NCBI GenBank assembly: GCA_964016885.1 | Contig: OZ024748.1 | Location: forward strand, 49,042,001-49,106,000 | Length of the DNA stretch: 64,000 nt | Reading direction: 5' to 3' | From: Eledone cirrhosa | Taxonomy: Eukaryota | Part shown: in pieces, positions 19,922 through 33,233 of the stretch | Numbering within the stretch: the stretch's first letter is position 1 | Layout of the letters: the number at the start of each line of letters is the position of its first letter | The notes under the pieces: generated by a model | Seen by the model: the letters and a program-made list of their open reading frames with translations, nothing else | Told to the model about the DNA's origin: nothing | The model's database searches: none | Made by a program: the position numbers and the translations under genes

Positions 19922-20625
19922 TAGACAAACAAACAGCGAGACAGAGATGTAGACAAACAAACAGCGAGATGGAAATGTAGACAAACAAACAGCGAGATGG
20001 AAATGTAGACAAACAAACAGCGAGACAGAGATGTAGACAAACAAACAGCGAGACAGAGATGTAGACAAACAAATAGCGAGACAGAGATGTAGACAAACAA
20101 ACAGCGAGACAGAGATGTAGACAAACAAACAGCGAGACAGAGATGTAGACAAACAAACAGCGAGACAGAGATGTAGACAAACAAACAGCGAGACAGAGAT
20201 GTAGACAAACAAACAGCGAGATGGAAATGTAGACAAACAAACAGCGAGACAGAGATGTAGACAAACAAACAGCGAGACAGAGATGTAGACAAACAAACAG
20301 CGAGATGGAAATGTAGACAAACAAACAGCGAGACAGAGATGTAGACAAACAAACAGCGAGACAGAGATGTAGACAAACAAATAGCGAGACAGAGATGTAG
20401 ACAAACAAACAGCGAGACAGAGATGTAGACAAACAAACAGCGAGACAGAGATGTAGACAAACAAACAGCGAGACAGAGATGTAGACAAACAAATAGCGAG
20501 ACAGAGATGTAGACAAACAAACAGCGAGACAGAGATGTAGACAAACAAACAGCGAGACAGAGATGTAGGCAAACAAACAGCGAGACAGAGATGTAGGCAA
20601 ACAAACAGTGAAATGGAAATGTAGA
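19922..20625. repeat. 28-bp minisatellite, about 25 copies
   Basis: tagacaaacaaacagcgagacagagatg. Confidence 0.95.
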
Positions 20626-20681
20626 CAGTCTCTTTGTTTATGTCTTTCAGTCTGTCTGATTAATGAAATCATTTTACATAC

Positions 20682-20753
20682 CTGTTTATTGAAGAAAATA
20701 GAATTTAGTTCTGATCCATCCCGTTTATCAGATGAAATAATGTCCCTGAGGCC
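20682..20753 (-). CDS. fry: furry exon: GLRDIISSDKRDGSELNSIFFNKQ
   Basis: tttcag/gtatgt, 72 nt phase 0/0. Confidence 0.78.
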
Positions 20754-21279
20754 CTGAAAATACAACACAACTTTACTAAAATTGAATGTTACAATTTCTG
20801 AGATGATTTTTGTTATGGCTTAGTGAGAGGAATAGAGTGAGGAGGGTGAGGCTTAGAGTGAGGAGGGTGAGGCTGAGTGTGAGGAGGTGGTGGAGGTAGA
20901 GGAGGAGTCATGACCTTTATAGTGTCTCCCAAACTAATGGAAGGAAAAAGATGAAGAAATTATGACCCATGGATTTATAACGGAATACTCCTATGTTTTA
21001 CTGGCGAAGATTCGAAACCGAATCTGAGGTTTCTCGCCTCTGGGACCACCCAATATTGGAAGGTTCCCACCATTGTCTTGTGAAGAAACTAGTATGATAA
21101 ACGTACATACCACTTGACCTGTGACCCCAGCTTGTAGACAGGAAACACAGATGGCTGCCCATAAATCAACCCATATACACATCCTTCTAACTATAGGGTT
21201 ATTATAAATACAAGGACTTAGAAAATCTAATGGACAGGGACTACGAAGAAAGCAGACCTTTTACTCTTTCTCTCTCCTG

Positions 21280-23210
21280 GCCTTACTGGCTTTCACCTTA
21301 AATGTTTGTAGTTTATGCAACAATATCCATCTTTTTGATTCTTACGTCAAAAGTATCGATCTCGATTTCATTACAGTTACAGAAACATAGGCACATTCTT
21401 TACTCTGTGATGGGGTTTTTATCATAGCTGGCTACTTGTTTCGCAAAGACTGCATTAATCGTGGTGGTGGTGGTTTGAAGGTCTATGTTCATTCAAACTT
21501 TTCAGCAATTCTTTGTGATGATTTGAACCAATCACAAGGAATATTTTTCTGCGATATATGTATGACTATGTTTAACCCCCACCCCCCAAATTACCATCAA
21601 GACACACAGCTTTTTGATATCCTCAGAGCTGCTGCCAGGAAAACAGCCACTTATTTTTTCATTGCAGGTGACTTCTATTACCCTGAGATTGATTGGGAAA
21701 CCTTTCATTGGCCACAAAGTGCAAATGATTTCCTTGAGCTAGTTCTATATTTGAACTGGTCCTAAGTAGTCACCTTTCCTACAAGAGGTAACAACACTTT
21801 GGATCTGCTCTTCACCTCTACTCATGAAACAGTTATTAGTGTCACTACTGAGGAACCTTTAGGTGATTCTGATGATGCTATGATCATTGCCAATCTGACT
21901 CTTATGGGTAGTATCAAAAACTACAACCATCTCCAAACTGCTCGCTTTGACTGGAATAAAGCAGACTGGAACTCTTACTGCACTGAGCTACAACACCCAA
22001 ACTGGCTAGAATTTTATGACTCTCGAGATGTGAACACTATATTTCAGAACATCCTGAACTCAATATGAACAGCATGTACAATATCAGTACCATGTAATCA
22101 CAAAAGTCATCCCAAAAGTGCAATTTGGGAGACTGCAGCAGTCTGACTTTCCAGGGTGGATGCTAGTTATCTTGACTTTGCTGAAACCTTTCATTCTGTG
22201 CCACACAAAAGACTTATGGCAAAACTCTGCATTGGGTGTGAAGGATAATCTTTTTAACTGGTTGAAGTCCTTCACTCTCAGTCAAAAAGAGGTAGTAACG
22301 GTTCTAGGACACCATTCCTCACCCTATGAGATGAGAGCTGGTGTACCACAGGGATCTTCTCTTGGTCCCCTTTTGTTTGTTGCATATATTAATGACATAG
22401 ATACCAACTTAAAGAATGCCAGAGTGCTGAAATATGAAGATGACATCAAGCTGTACCTTGAGATAAAAAGGACAGATCATGTATGCTATAGATCTTTCCT
22501 GCAATCAGACCTGGATACAATGCAGCAATGGATTATGGACTGACAACTCAAGCTGGCTGTGGATAAGTGTATCACCATGCATTTTGGAAGGAAAATACTC
22601 CCCCCACAACACCAATCTCAAGAAGTCTTCTTGTGAACATGACCTGGGCATTATTGTCAGCAGCGATTTGTGTTGGACAAAGCACATCTTTAAAATTGTC
22701 AAGAAGGCCAAGGGTGTCTTAGCATCACTCAGTAAGACCTTTGTAAACTGCTCTCCAGCTATCTATTTAAAGCTGTATATAGCTATGGTGTGGTCCACAC
22801 TTAGAATTTGCATCACCAGTCTGGAACCTCTTTCTTGCTCAGAATATTGACCTCCTGGAAACTGTTCAGAGATGTACAACCAAGCGAATACCCTCTATCA
22901 GGCATTTCTCATACTCTGAACACCTTACTTCCCCGAGCATGGATACATTAAAGCTCTGATGTCTGGCAACTGACCCACAAGATTATTAACCAGCAAACCT
23001 GAGCACCTTTTTGAATTCCATGTGTCTAACAGCCGTGGACATGCTTACAACATCAGAAAACAGCACAGCTCCCATGACTTCTGGAAACATTTTTTCATAC
23101 TCAGAGTTGCTGAAGCATGGAACAAACTACGTGCATCAGTTGTTAGCTGTCGGAACATTGCATCCTTCAAAACTTCCATGCTTCCCGAAATTCGCCAACA
23201 CTACACCTGA
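21280..23210 (+). mobile_element. Decayed CR1/L2-group LINE with an internal deletion
   Basis: APE remnants (AGDFYYPEIDW, PTRGNNTLDL) joined to RT GVPQGSSLGPLLF..YINDI, DDIKLY and CR1-like RGH..FF..RV..WN.L; many stops and frameshifts. Confidence 0.85.
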
Positions 23211-23504
23211 TATTCCCCCTCCATATACACACACGCATGTGTTTGTGTGTATATCATGACTCATACACTGCTCAATTTACTAACATTTGTACATTATTCT
23301 TTGACTACATATGCACCTTTGATGAGTTGTAGTGCACCTGAGCAGTGTACACAATGATTTTCATTATTTTTTTTCCTTTTTAAATTTTTTCAGTAAATTA
23401 AAGTAAAAACTTCAAATTATAATGTGAAGTGGTCATCATTATGGTTTGAATTCTCAAGAAGACTAAAGAAATAAAAGAGGAAAAGGTGTTCAAAATACTC
23501 TTAC

Positions 23505-23603
23505 CTCTTTAGCTTGGTCTCTCCTCAACCTGAAGGTATCCATGCATTCTTGAAGTTCCAGTAAACAGAATTTGTGCTTATTGACAATTTTGAAGTCTAA
23601 AAC
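23505..23603 (-). CDS. fry: furry exon: VLDFKIVNKHKFCLLELQECMDTFRLRRDQAKE
   Basis: ctgtag/gtaaga, 99 nt; FRY 'KF..LELQE..DT...' motif. Confidence 0.9.
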
Positions 23604-23939
23604 CTACAGAACAAAGAACTGAAATTTAATTCATTTTCAGTTTATTGACATATGAAAACATTATGGAGCTAAAGTTTATTGATGTCTCAATGATCTAATG
23701 ACTTGTGTGATGTACCAACCAACCAACCAATCATCATCATCAACATCAGCACTACCACCGCCATCAATGGATGATGATGAAAATGCTTCACACATTATAA
23801 GCAACAGACCATTGGGACAATAAAGGCAATGTCTTTCACAATGTCTCTAATATTATTTCTAGCATTGCCACAGCAATCAAGTAAAATCAAAACTTTACTT
23901 TATATAGTGGCTTATATAAGAAATCAATAAAGTGATCAG

Positions 23940-24268
23940 TCTTCTTCACCCACTTATTCCTGAGGGGGTCATGGAAGGCAGAGTCCTCAAACACTCCTTC
24001 CAGAAGGTCCCGTCAGAAGCAACCATCTCCAGCTGGATCCCTAAGCGGGACCAGCCAAGCTCATGGATGTTATCCAACCATCTTAGTTGGGGTCTACCCC
24101 TGGGTCTCCTGCTGGTTAGTTTTGCCTGTAAAATCTGTCCAGTCATTCTTTCCTGAGACATTCTAACCACATGTCCATAGTACAGGAGCTATGATCTCTC
24201 AATTCGGAGAAGTAGTGGCTCTACCAGGAGTGACTTTCTGATCTCCGAGCTCGGTTTTTTATCGATTA
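23940..24268 (-). mobile_element. RTE LINE 3' fragment
   Basis: YYGHVVRM...RRPRGRPQLRWLD C-terminal motif. Confidence 0.75.
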
Positions 24269-24926
24269 GTGAAATAATAAAATTATTATTATTATTATTA
24301 TTATTAGTCTTATTGGTCATGTTTTTATTGCACCTTGGAAATGTGCAGTGTTGTTTTTGGTATTGTTTTTATTGTATTGAATTTATTATTATTATTGTTG
24401 GACAACATGCTTTGCAGCACAGAGTTATGGCCCTTTACATTCCGAGTTAAATCCTGCTGAGGTTAACTTTGCCTTTCATCCTTGTGGGGTTGCTAAGATA
24501 AAGAACCAGTAACTGGGGTCGATTTAATCGACTATCCCTTTCCTCAAAAATGTTGACATTTTACCTAAATCAATCATCATCATCATCGTTTTTATAATAA
24601 AACCATTATGATTATTAGTATTGCAGAAAGGTGGTGGATTGGCAGAATCGTTAGAGAATTGGACAAATGCTTTGTGTTATTTGTTCCAGCACTTTACATT
24701 CTGGGTTGAAATGCCATCGAGGTCAGTATTGTTTTTCAACCTACCAAGGTCAATAAAACACTGTACGAATTAAGTACTGGGGTCAATTTAATTGACTTTC
24801 CCCTCCCCTCAAATTACTGACCTTGTGCCTATAGTAGAAATCATTAGTACTATTGTTGTAGATAAAGATATATAATGGTTAATAAAATTTGAAAAGACAG
24901 GATTTGATTAAGGAAGATTTACTTAC

Positions 24927-24991
24927 AAATTTAGAGAGCATAAAAACAAAGGGACAATCAATTTTTGTGAAGAGCATCTGCATAATCTGTT
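24927..24991 (-). CDS. fry: furry exon downstream of U12 intron: EQIMQMLFTKIDCPFVFMLSKF
   Basis: AC acceptor, gtaagt donor, 65 nt phase 1/0; FRY 'CP..F' motif. Confidence 0.82.
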
Positions 24992-26519
24992 GTAGACAAG
25001 TAGTTAAAGAATATAACATTGCATTTGTTTTCCTAGGAGTATGGCCATGCTGGGTATAGCCATCATTGGACTATGGCCATGCTGTGGCACTGCCATCAAT
25101 AGTTTTAGTTAATGGTGAAATACTATCAACCATAAAGTAGTGTTATTTGATGCTACGATAATGCAAAAAGGACGGCAGATTTTGGAATAAATTGTGGGCA
25201 ACAAAGATGTTGGTGTGTCACCTGTTATTTTATTTGTTTGTCCTACTATTTTGGGTCTAAAATTCCTTTGTCTGACGACTATACAGCCTACCATTCATTT
25301 TGCATTGTCCTAGTCTTCGAATAACACTACTTTATATACTAACACATTGCATCAAGCAAACTACAACACACTCTTATCACTATCACCAATAGGTTATCAA
25401 TCAAGTCAGAAATGAAAGGTAAAGTTGACCTTGGTATATAACTCAAACAGAACTAAATACAAGGTGTTTTTTGTTTAATATAAAAAAATCTTTGAAAGAG
25501 TTATTTCATAGTTCACTATATATAGTTATATAGAGTTATTTCATAGCTCACTATATAGAATTATATAGTTATTTTATAGCTCACTATAGAGAGTTATTTC
25601 ATAGCACACTAGATATAGAGTTATTTTATAGCTCACTATATAGAGTTATTTCATAGCACACTAGATATAGAGTTATTTTATAGCTCACTATATAGAGTTA
25701 TATAGAGTTATTTTATAGCTCACTATATAGAGTTATATAGAGTTATTTTCATCTTTTTAATGTTCATAATGTGATGTATTATTTAATTTTTACTGGATTT
25801 ATGTCAGAGGAAGCATATGGCCTAGTGGTTTCAGTGTTGAACTTATGATTATAATGTCATGAGTTCAAATCCTAAACTAAGCAGTGTGTTGTTCTTGAGC
25901 ATTGTTCGAATAGATTCAGCTAAGAGTGAATACCAGCAGTATCTGGGGTCTCAACTCTGTGATTGACAGGTGTCTTGTCTAGGTGGGGGCTCTTGTCCAG
26001 GTGGGGTGTCTTGTCCAGGTGGGGGTGTCTTGTCCTTTCAGTTGCTTAACATCAATGAAAACTGGGATAAACTCTGGCCTTGAGACAGACTTTAGACTTT
26101 TATTTTATCATATCAATCTCAGCAATATCTGAGAAATACTATTAGGGTTATGAGCACTGCTCTTCATCATCATCATCATCATCATCACCACCACCACTCC
26201 ATCACCACCACTACCACCACCACCACTCCATCACCATCATCACCCCCCATCATCATAATCGTCATCATGTCTGCTTTCCCTGCTTGCAAAGATAGTATGG
26301 GTCAGTAGTTGGAGCAGTCTGTTACTGACCTCACAGTGAGCTGGAAGCCTGCATCTCACTTACTGAGGGCTCAGATGGCTCGACAGCCTGCAATTCACTT
26401 ACATACAGTCTCACACTCTACCATTTTATCGTGTCATCAGCTCTATGGAGGTTATAAGGTAGTAAAAGAGATTCAAGTGTAAACAGTAAAAAAAACAAAA
26501 AAACATTTTCTAAGGATAT
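24992..26519 (-). other. U12-type (minor spliceosome) AT-AC intron, 1528 nt
   Basis: 5' ATATCCTTAG; branch-point-like TTCTTTAAC about 11 nt before the terminal AC; splicing restores frame NF-E-QIMQML. Confidence 0.85.
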
Positions 26520-26610
26520 CAAAATTTTGAGCAATTTCTTTAAAAGTTTGGGTCTTGTGAAGATAATAACAGACTTCTTTGCTGAGAGAGGAAACTTGTT
26601 TATATAAATT
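26520..26610 (-). CDS. fry: furry exon upstream of U12 intron: NLYKQVSSLSKEVCYYLHKTQTFKEIAQNF
   Basis: ttatag acceptor; ends at an ATATCCTT minor-class donor; 91 nt phase 0/1. Confidence 0.82.
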
Positions 26611-26887
26611 CTATAAAAGACCAAAAGATATTTAAATAAGTTCAAATAAGCAAAAAACAAAAATGAAAAAAAACAACAAAAAACCGCCAAAACAAAGAAA
26701 TTAGACAATTAACAATAACATTTATAGTTATTTCCTGCATTCCTTTTTTTGTAGGTTTGATCAATTTATAGTATGTCTGAAATATTTTAGTTTTCTTCCT
26801 GTTATGCTGTCCAATAAATTGTTCTTAGTTTTTGCCATTTACAACACCAATTTGAAATGTAAAGTATATCTTCTTTAATAAACATAT

Positions 26888-27116
26888 TTAACCCTTTAGC
26901 ATGTGCATTATTCTATATTTACTATTATATTTTCATGGTAAAGGATTTATCTCTCATAATTACCTCACATAATATCGAATCTATGAGATTTTGATGTTAT
27001 TTATTTTGAGATTAATACCTTAATGTCAGTATGAGGGGCCAGTTACAGCCAGTTTGAAAAGAAAGAGGTGAGAGTTTTCTGGCCGAATATGGCCGGTTTA
27101 AATACTGAAGGGTTAA
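26888..27116. mobile_element. piggyBac-type MITE (about 225 bp)
   Basis: TTAA-CCCTT...AAGGG-TTAA termini; same family as the three copies below, in opposite orientation. Confidence 0.75.
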
Positions 27117-27244
27117 AAAAGCCCAAAGAATTAACAATTAAACAACCAACCAGTTATTAAGGTAACAACGAATGACTGAACTAACTAACTAATAAACCAA
27201 AGTGAAACTCAACTAGTGTGTGTGATTTTATTGGCAGCATGACC

Positions 27245-27473
27245 TTAACCCTTTAGCATTTAAACTGGTCATATCTGTCCAGAATTCTCTCACCTCTTTC
27301 TGTTCAAACCGGGTGTAACCAGCCACTCATATTGATGTTAAGGTATTGTTCTCAAAATGAATAATATCAAAATCTCATACGTTCAATATTATGTGAGATG
27401 ATTACATGAGATAAAGCCTTTACCATGAAAATATGATAGTAAATATAGAGTAATGTAAATGGTAAAGGTTTAA
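27245..27473. mobile_element. piggyBac-type MITE
   Basis: TTAACCCTTTAGCATT terminus; homologous to 37854-38082. Confidence 0.75.
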
Positions 27474-27488
27474 AGTATAAGGTATATC

Positions 27489-27674
27489 TATGAGGGTCGG
27501 CTGAAAAGTTAATAGACTGACTATGAAGGAGTGATGCTAGAGCTGGGAAATCTTGCATGCATTAATTTCAACTGCATTGTTTCTTTCCAGAGACTATGTT
27601 GAAAAATAAACCTCATTTGGTCATTTCATGAGAGTATATTAGTCAGCTTATGAACTTTTTAGCTGACCCTCATA
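27489..27674. mobile_element. Tc1/mariner-type MITE
   Basis: about 30-bp imperfect TIRs tatgagggtcggctgaaaagtt / aactttttagctgaccctcata with TA ends. Confidence 0.7.
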
Positions 27675-27789
27675 TTTACACATATGATTTCACATCAAGA
27701 ATCTTCCAAAATAAATACAAAAACGAAATAATTATTAAATTTCTAATTAACTCCAATAAAAAAAAAACCAAGAGAAGAGGAAGACATAC

Positions 27790-27991
27790 CTTATAGAAAT
27801 GTGGGAAAATTTGGCAAGTGAGTATAACATGCTCTGGTGAAGAAGAATTGAGAACTTCAACAACATGAGTTTTCCAAACATCTTCAATAGCTTCAGAGTG
27901 TATGTTGAAATGTAAGGCACAGTTGGAAATATTGGTAAGATTGAAAGATGGTACATCAGATAATTGTGTTGGCTCAGTATCACAGACAGTG
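27790..27991 (-). CDS. fry: furry exon: TVCDTEPTQLSD...IEDVWKTHVVEVL...QIFPHFYK
   Basis: gtttag/gtatgt, 202 nt phase 2/0; FRY-like 'E..W..H...L'. Confidence 0.85.
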
Positions 27992-28922
27992 CTAAACAGA
28001 GAAAAATATATGGAATAGATATATTTGAAAATATTAACATACACTCATAAATTTCTGTAAATAATATGATATATATATATATATATATTTATACAAATAT
28101 ATATATTTATATATATATACAGCCTACATTGTAAAGTGGTCATGTAGGTGTTACAACAAAAAGCACCCAGTACTCACTGTAAATAAGGTTGGCATTAGAA
28201 AGGGCATTCAGCTGTAGGAAGTAAGCAAAAATCAGTTCTATATAAGCAAAGCATGGTCACCTGACCTAGCATTGCCCATAACAGGACAACTCGTCTAACC
28301 CATGCTAGCGTAGAAGAATGGACGTAAAACGGTGATGATGATAGCAGTATAGATAATATGAAGCATTGTGAGATAAAAGACCGTCAAAGGATGACAAATA
28401 AAACATAACAAAATAATTGTTTCTACTTTTGGCACAAGGCCAGCAATTACCCAATGTATTACTGGTACTTTATTTTATCGACCCCGTAAAATAATGTTTT
28501 ACCCAGTGTATGTCGAAATTATATTTCAGAGCAAATACCCTCTTTTCAAATTTGAATAAGAAATGGCTCAAAACAATCGGTGTGTTCTTCCTTAACTGGC
28601 CTATATGTCCAAAATACACATGATGTTATTATAGTAACCAATCTGCTTTGGGCATTTCCAATCTATTATTTATCTGTGTTTTTCTGGTTGATGATAATGG
28701 CCTCTTTTATTCTTAAACTGCCCACTTTCCTTTCTGTTGTCTTTATGGTGACCTCAATATCTTAGCTGCAGCATCTGTCAAGATGCTTTTTAACAGAAGT
28801 CCTCGTATTCATGTGCTTCTTGATCCAAATGTGCAGCATCTGGACAGTACTTTCGATCTGTGTATGCAGACATTAAACAGTGATGATGATGATGGTGGTG
28901 GTGGTGGTGGTGGTGGTGGTGG

Positions 28923-28981
<59 letters not shown>

Positions 28982-29143
28982 ATAAAGGATGAGTTTAATT
29001 TAAAAAATAAATAAATAAAAAATACGATAGTCTTGGTTGGAATGTCTCTAAACAATATATATGCTTGATCAGGACTAACCTGGGGCTAAACAATAAGATA
29101 ACGATAATGGTACCTAATGGAATTCTAAACAATAACAACTAAC

Positions 29144-29262
29144 CTTGGAGAGTTAAGAAAACTTTTTCTTTTGCTCATACTTTGATTGTGGAAAGATAAA
29201 GAAGATCCTTGTTGGCTGACATGTGGCATACCATCATCTTCATCACCCCCAGAAGCTTGAGA
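29144..29262 (-). CDS. fry: furry exon (low-complexity linker): SQASGGDEDDGMPHV...KSFLNSP
   Basis: caccag/gttagt, 119 nt phase 0/2; bridges the phases of the neighbouring exons. Confidence 0.7.
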
Positions 29263-30336
29263 CTGGTGAGATAAATATAAAAATCAATGAAGTGAGATAA
29301 TGTTTAAAGTGACAGTTAGCTTTCACATTTGAATTAAGACAAAAAAAAAATAAAGTTGGCATAACACAGTTCTATATTGATCCATTTAAATGTGCCAAGA
29401 CACACTTAGATGAGCCAAGACTTGGTTAGCTGAGCCAAAGACTCAGTTAGGTGACCCAAGACTCGGCTAGATGAGCCAAGGCTCGGTTAGATGAGCCAAG
29501 ATGCAGTTAGATGAGCCAAGACTCAGTTAGATGAGTCAAGACTCAGATGAGCCAAGACTTGGCTAAGCAAGTCAATACTTGGTTAGATGAGCCAAGACTC
29601 AGATAAGTTAATACTTGGTTATATTGGCAATAACTCATCTGAATAATGATCCAGATAGATAAACCATAACACAGCTGAGCAATGATTCAGTTGAATCAGT
29701 CATCACTCGGTTGAGCACTGGCCAAGTTAGACGAGACATAAGACAATGAGCATTGACTCAGATAAACATCTAAAACTTTCAACGTGTTAGTTACTCAGCA
29801 CAACGTTTCATCAAATGAACTTTTATTCACTCAATGATATAATCAGGTTTGTATTATTAAAAATACAGACCCATTACTCAGAGTGTATATGTACATTAAT
29901 CAGTAAGATAAACGACTGTGTGTGGGTAATGATATTACTATATTATATATATATATATATAAATCATTACAACAGTGACATAGACAGGTTCTCAAGTTTC
30001 GTTGGGTTCTGGGCCCCAATTGCTTCAGCCTGTTATACTAAACTTGTCCTATGGACTGAATGTTCTTACTCTTGGATATTTCCACTTAACTTTTACTTCA
30101 GTATATATATATATATATATATAAAACCCTGTTTGAAAAGTTGAAAAATAAACAATGTATTATGATATGAAAAAAGGATTTAAAGCTCAATGTGTTTGTA
30201 CAACCAGCAATTAAAAAGTGTGTATACATCCAAGATATAAACCATAGAGTAAAGTCCAATAAATTGAATGAATTTGCCCCACATTTATCCTTAGTTCATT
30301 ATTATATTAAACAACCATACAAATATATATATATTG

Positions 30337-30680
30337 GAGGCACATGGCTTAGTGGTTAGAGCATTGGCCTTGCAATCGAAAGGTTGTGAGTTCAATTCTC
30401 AGACCGGGTGATGTATTGTTTCCTTGAGCAAGACACTTTATTTCACATTGCTCCAGTTTACTCAGCTGTAGAAATGAGATGATAGGGACCCCATCAGTCC
30501 CTATCATTCCACTGCAAAGTGGTGGTGTAGGGGCCACGGCAAAAAAGCACCCAGCACTCACTGTAAATGAGGTTGGTGTTAGGAAGGGCATCCAGCTGTA
30601 GAAATCAAGCCAGAATCAGTTCCCGTCCCACCCTTGAAAGCAGGGAAAAGTGGATGTAAAATGATGATGATGATGATGAT
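30337..30680 (+). mobile_element. Second tRNA-derived SINE family with RTE-derived 3' tail
   Basis: tggcttagtggttag / gagttcaattc boxes; 3' part ggttggtgttaggaagggcatccagctgtagaaa and (TGA)n tail shared with the RTE 3' UTR; related heads near 25808, 45715-45968 (-) and 58250. Confidence 0.75.
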
Positions 30681-32366
30681 ATATATATATATATATATAC
30701 GTATATATAAGCAGAAATACTTCCCTCCAGGTATAGAAATAGGGACGTGCTAGTGAGAGATAACAACAGAGAAGTGTTATAGTATGTGAAAGTGGTAGAT
30801 GTCAGCTAAGTGTCATCAGGAAGAAATGGTTAACAGTAGAGAGTGATGGTATTAAATATGTATTCATATTTAAAACAGAGTGAATGATGTGAGACATAAA
30901 TGAACTAACACTACTGGAGTTGTGAATGAACTTAATGAAGAGTTGTGAATGAACTGACATACTGTAGATGGGTGTCAACTAACACATAGAAACTAAATAT
31001 AAAAAAAATCCCCAAAACAGAGGAGTGAAATGATATAAACAAAACTAAGAAAGAAAGATTTAATGACAAAATAAATTGTGTGCTATAATAGACTCACGGC
31101 AAGAAAATAAGCGTAATGTCCAAAGTATTTAAGGAGAAGAAGAGGAAGAAAAACAACCACCAGCATCATTGTCCAGTAAAGTCCCAGTCCTAGGGTAGAT
31201 TGGTGTTGGTTGTGAAGAAATGACAAGAAGTAAAAAGCAATGGAAGAAGTGGAACTAGCAACAAAGTTAGAAAAAAAACAAAGAACATAAACAATTCAAA
31301 GAGATATTTTCTGAGAAGAGTATTGGTCACTTATAAACTCTGGACATACAAAAAAGTAAAAAAAACAAAAAAAAAACAAAAAGAGAGAGACAAATAAATA
31401 AAACAATAAATGAATATAAAAGTTTATGTATTTGTTTTGCAAGATTCTTGATGTGAAATTATGTGTTGAAACAGATATTGTTATATTTAGGTCATGTTAC
31501 CAGTATTGCCAATAAAAAGAAACACGGGTACCATATGATTTTCACTTTCTCCTTATTGCTTGTCATTCATTAGTTTATCAAAGTTCTTTCGTCACACATT
31601 CTGTAACCTCCTTAATGGCTATCTGTTCTCTTTTGTGCCTCCTCTTCTTTCTGGTCAAGCAATGTAGATAAAGTGAAAATCATATGGTGTGTGTGTTTCT
31701 TTTTATTTGGCAATACTGGCTACATGACCCCACGCCCACCCCACCCAATAAAATATTATAAAAGTGTTCTGTGTCTTTGTTCTGAAAGTTTGGTGACATT
31801 TTTCTGTCTAGAAATTATAGCAGGAATGTTAAGTCTTGTTTAAATAATTTTTTTGCTTTTCATCATAAGTTATATTTCCAAAGAAGCTATCAACATTGTG
31901 TGAAGACCAAAGAATGATAGTTCAATAACATAGGGATGAGATGTGGATAGAGTGTTGTAATATGTGTGCGTGAGTGTACATATGTATATACATGCATTTA
32001 TATATATATATATATAAATATATATTGGAAAATGTGTGAGATTCTTGGTACAATTTTTTTGACTTAATGTTATATTATAATATTATAACATTAAATCAAA
32101 AAAAATGTTTAACACTACAAGTGAAGTCATTCTTTTCCTTTTTTTCAAATATAAATAAATATATATATATATATATAAATATATATATATATTTAACAGA
32201 GAGAGAGAGAGAGAGTAAAGTATTATCTTAAATAGATCTGAAAGACTTACATTTTAGTAGAACAATATTAGTTACATATATAAAGTGGATCTTTTCATTA
32301 CCTGTATTATTAATAAATATTTCTCTGTAATAAGAAATGGTAGTACATACATAGTATATATATATG

Positions 32367-32423
<57 letters not shown>

Positions 32424-32468
32424 GTGTGTGTGTGTATGTGTATATATATATATGGATCTAGCTGTCGA

Positions 32469-32518
<50 letters not shown>

Positions 32519-32660
32519 GTTTTAGCTTCAGGCATAGCAGTATACAGATATGTATAGACATTTCGTATTTCTAAAGAAACACGGTATGTTTACAAGTAAA
32601 CATTTAGAAAGCTGTAGCTATGCAAAACACTGGTGGTGCCCAGCAGAAGCAAGGGGGACA

Positions 32661-32704
32661 ATCTTCGATGCATTTCAGACTTAACTGGTCCTCATCAGGA
32701 CGAC
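32661..32704 (-). ncRNA. Minimal hammerhead ribozyme motif, slightly decayed
   Basis: GUCGUC-CUGAUGA-GGAC-caguuaa-GUCU-GAAA-UGCA-UC/GAAGAU. Confidence 0.65.
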
Positions 32705-32957
32705 CCCTCCCACACTTGCGACTGTTGGACTTGAATACAGTCAAGAATATATAGTTTCCTCGTCTGTGTAAATGAGGTGTTTAATCTCATATTTATAGAA
32801 TAGAAATAGGATTTAGCTTCAAGCATAGCAGTATACAGATATGTCTAGAAATTTCGTATTTCTAAAGAAATATGGTATGTTTACAGGGTAAGAGAATTTA
32901 CAGGGAAGAGAATTTAACATTGGATAAATAATGTATATCCTTATTTGGACAAACCAC

Positions 32958-33047
32958 CTCCCTGATGATACAGCTAGTAAATTGCAAAGCTCTTTAGTAA
33001 ACAGTCTGGAACTAGCTGTTGAAATGGCAACAGCTCAGCTGTCGGGT
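32958..33047 (+). ncRNA. Decayed type I hammerhead motif with long stem II
   Basis: CC-CUGAUGA-UACAGCUAGU...ACUAGCUGUU-GAAA-UGGC...GCUG-UC/GGG. Confidence 0.55.
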
Positions 33048-33233
33048 CCCAACTCTTGATAATATAACCATACTCTACTGCTCCATGTATTGAGTACTCT
33101 GTTGAGTAATGGTCTAACCAATTTCAAACTGATTCCATCCTGATTTATATATATTTATACACACACACATATATATTTACTCTTTTACCTGTTCCAGCCA
33201 TCCAGCTGGGGCACTAAATATATATATATATAT

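Noticed and set aside
30963-30978. 16-nt micro-exon candidate (ttag...gtatgt)
   Set aside because: It would shift the frame; the neighbouring exons already join in phase
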